From: Syntrophorhabdales bacterium
GTDB lineage: Bacteria > Desulfobacterota > Syntrophorhabdia > Syntrophorhabdales > WCHB1-27
Assembly (NCBI GenBank): GCA_035541455.1
Contig: DATKNH010000046.1
Coordinates: forward strand, 8,290-72,289
Length of the DNA stretch: 64,000 bases
Direction: 5' to 3'
Positions 62,741 to 64,000 of the stretch are shown here, one piece after another. The notes below the pieces were generated by a model. The model saw nothing but the letters and a program-made list of their open reading frames with translations, searched no databases and was not told where the DNA came from. A program made the translations under genes and the position numbers. The stretch's first letter is position 1, and each line of letters begins with the position of its first letter.

Positions 62741-63823
62741 TTATTCCTCTAACTCAGCGAGGGCCACTTCGGCGGCGAACTGAACGCCGCTGTCCTTGTC
62801 CTGCAGCGCATTGATAAGGTCCTTAGCGGCTCTCTGGTCCTTTATCTTGCCCAGAGTCCACGCGGACCAGCGGCGCACATTTGCGTCCGGGTCGCGGAGA
62901 CTCACCAGCAATTTCTTTACTGCCGGCTTTCCTATCCTTTGCAACGCGTAGGCCGCCCCTTCGCGTACGTAGCGCACCTCGTCCCCCAGTGCCCTGATAA
63001 GCGGGTCAATGGCAACCGGGTCTCGCAGTTCGCCGAGAGCATTCGTTACTCCCCAGCGAACACCCCAATCTTTATCGCTCAATTCCTTAATCAAGGGACC
63101 CACGGAACGTTTGTCCTTGATCTCTGCGAGCGAGGTCGTGGCTTCCTCCCGCACATACTTGTTTTCATCCTGGAGCGCTTTGATGAGCGGCTCGACAGCA
63201 CATTTATCCTCTATTTCTCCGAGCGCGATGGCCGCTGCTTCGCGCACGTACCGGTTCTCATCTTGCAGCCTCGCGATCAGCGGCTCGCACGCTTTCTTGT
63301 TTTTCGTCGCTCCAAGCACATGCACCGCTCGCCACCGAATATCCCAATCGCTGTTCTTCAGCAGAAGTACCAGCTCGCCTATTACCGGCTCTCCCAGGTT
63401 AACAAGAGCCTTTTCAGCCGTCCGCCTCATCGATTCATCACCCTCCTTCAGGGCGTGAATGAGGGGCTTTATAGCCTTCTTGTCTCCAAGATCACCAAGA
63501 GCGGTTACCGCACTTTCGCGTACATACTTGTCCTTATCTTTTACTGCAGCGATTAAGGCAGGGACCGCGCTCTCGTCGTGTATCTGACCGAGGGCCCATG
63601 CCGCTCCTTCCCGGACGTATTCATCTTCATCCTTAAGCGCGACAAGGAGGGGCTTCACAGCCCTCTTGTCCTTCATCTTGCCTAGAGCCTCGGCAGCGTT
63701 GAGCCGCGTCTCCCATTCCGGGCTGAGAAGAGACTCAAGCCAGCGGTCGAAATCAGAAGCCCTCCGAGTGGGTCGTGGCATGGTCATATCTTTTATCACA
63801 AAACAGACCTGCGGGAAAGACAA
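62741..63823 (-). CDS. HEAT-repeat (PBS-lyase HEAT-like) protein
   Basis: At least 9 tandem units of about 31 aa each, of the form D..VR..AA.ALG.I.D..AV.PLI.AL.D. The start is uncertain (M1, M13 or M15). Confidence 0.85.
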   Translation of the reverse strand: MSFPQVCFVIKDMTMPRPTRRASDFDRWLESLLSPEWETRLNAAEALGKMKDKRAVKPLLVALKDEDEYVREGAAWALGQIHDESAVPALIAAVKDKDKYVRESAVTALGDLGDKKAIKPLIHALKEGDESMRRTAEKALVNLGEPVIGELVLLLKNSDWDIRWRAVHVLGATKNKKACEPLIARLQDENRYVREAAAIALGEIEDKCAVEPLIKALQDENKYVREEATTSLAEIKDKRSVGPLIKELSDKDWGVRWGVTNALGELRDPVAIDPLIRALGDEVRYVREGAAYALQRIGKPAVKKLLVSLRDPDANVRRWSAWTLGKIKDQRAAKDLINALQDKDSGVQFAAEVALAELEE

Positions 63824-64000
63824 ATGTAGACAGGGGATATGATTGACACGCGAGAAATTCCTATGGCATGTTTGATGACGTTATGCTGCTTGCATCTGCC
63901 GGAACGCTCTTTCCCTCCGGCAGAGAGCTCCAGCGTGGGAGGGGCAAGCGAGCGAAGGAAATGGTTGGAGCTAACATACATTTGAGACGAATGTGAACCA

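Noticed and set aside
1-64000. Scan for tRNA, rRNA, CRISPR arrays, transposase or integrase genes, and prophage or defence-island signatures
   Set aside because: I saw no regularly spaced direct repeats with unique spacers and no cloverleaf-like or rRNA-like conserved stretches. No ORF has recognisable transposase, integrase, nuclease, ATPase or defence motifs. The only mobile-looking features are the ORF-less palindromic repeats.

Overview
This is a 64 kb bacterial chromosomal window, moderately GC-rich and mostly housekeeping. The gene content looks like an anaerobic deltaproteobacterium- or Nitrospirota-like organism, but the taxon cannot be fixed from sequence alone. I found no rRNA, tRNA, CRISPR array, transposase or integrase.

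Gene content in order:
- 1-4451 (+): the tail of a Liv-type ABC transporter, two tandem paralogous solute-binding proteins, and a URO-D-family protein.
- 4.6-7.1 kb: a small islet of hypothetical secreted or membrane proteins.
- 7.3-23.5 kb (all minus strand): a nitrogen-assimilation supercluster. It holds GS type III, a split archaeal-type glutamate synthase in three ORFs, a class I amidotransferase, GS type I, P-II/GlnK and two Amt paralogs. mvhD-metV-metF is embedded directly upstream of the GOGAT genes.
- 24-29.6 kb (+): a candidate sigma54-driven tiny Lys/Pro/Ala/Glu-rich secreted protein, a 2-hydroxyacid dehydrogenase, a LarA-like protein, a split UxaA-family dehydratase, and an orphan JAB/MPN protein.
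- 29.8-39.3 kb: a Gly/Tyr-rich secreted protein, SDR, DUF2156, Pat-type acetyltransferase, MTH1187, NlpC/P60, MtgA, Gnd and a HAD hydrolase.
- 39.5-54.6 kb (-): a complete nuoA-B-CD-E-F-G-H-I-J-K-L-M-N operon.
- 54.7-63.8 kb: PfkB kinase, AlkA, the pentose-phosphate block tkt-tal-zwf-pgl, a NUDIX hydrolase and a HEAT-repeat protein.

The most interesting signals are non-coding or organisational:
- Promoter, then hairpin, then intrinsic-terminator leaders sit in front of amt and mvhD. Hexaloop hairpins recur in four nitrogen-gene leaders, which may indicate antitermination control.
- The metFV-mvhD/GOGAT operon fusion.
- A sigma54 promoter with tandem palindromic upstream sites.
- Three families of intergenic repeats, several of them inside the nuo operon: AT-rich palindromic MITE-like elements, GC-rich REP-like elements, and heptamer-repeat spacers.

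No clear novel multi-gene defence or mobile system is supported by the sequence.
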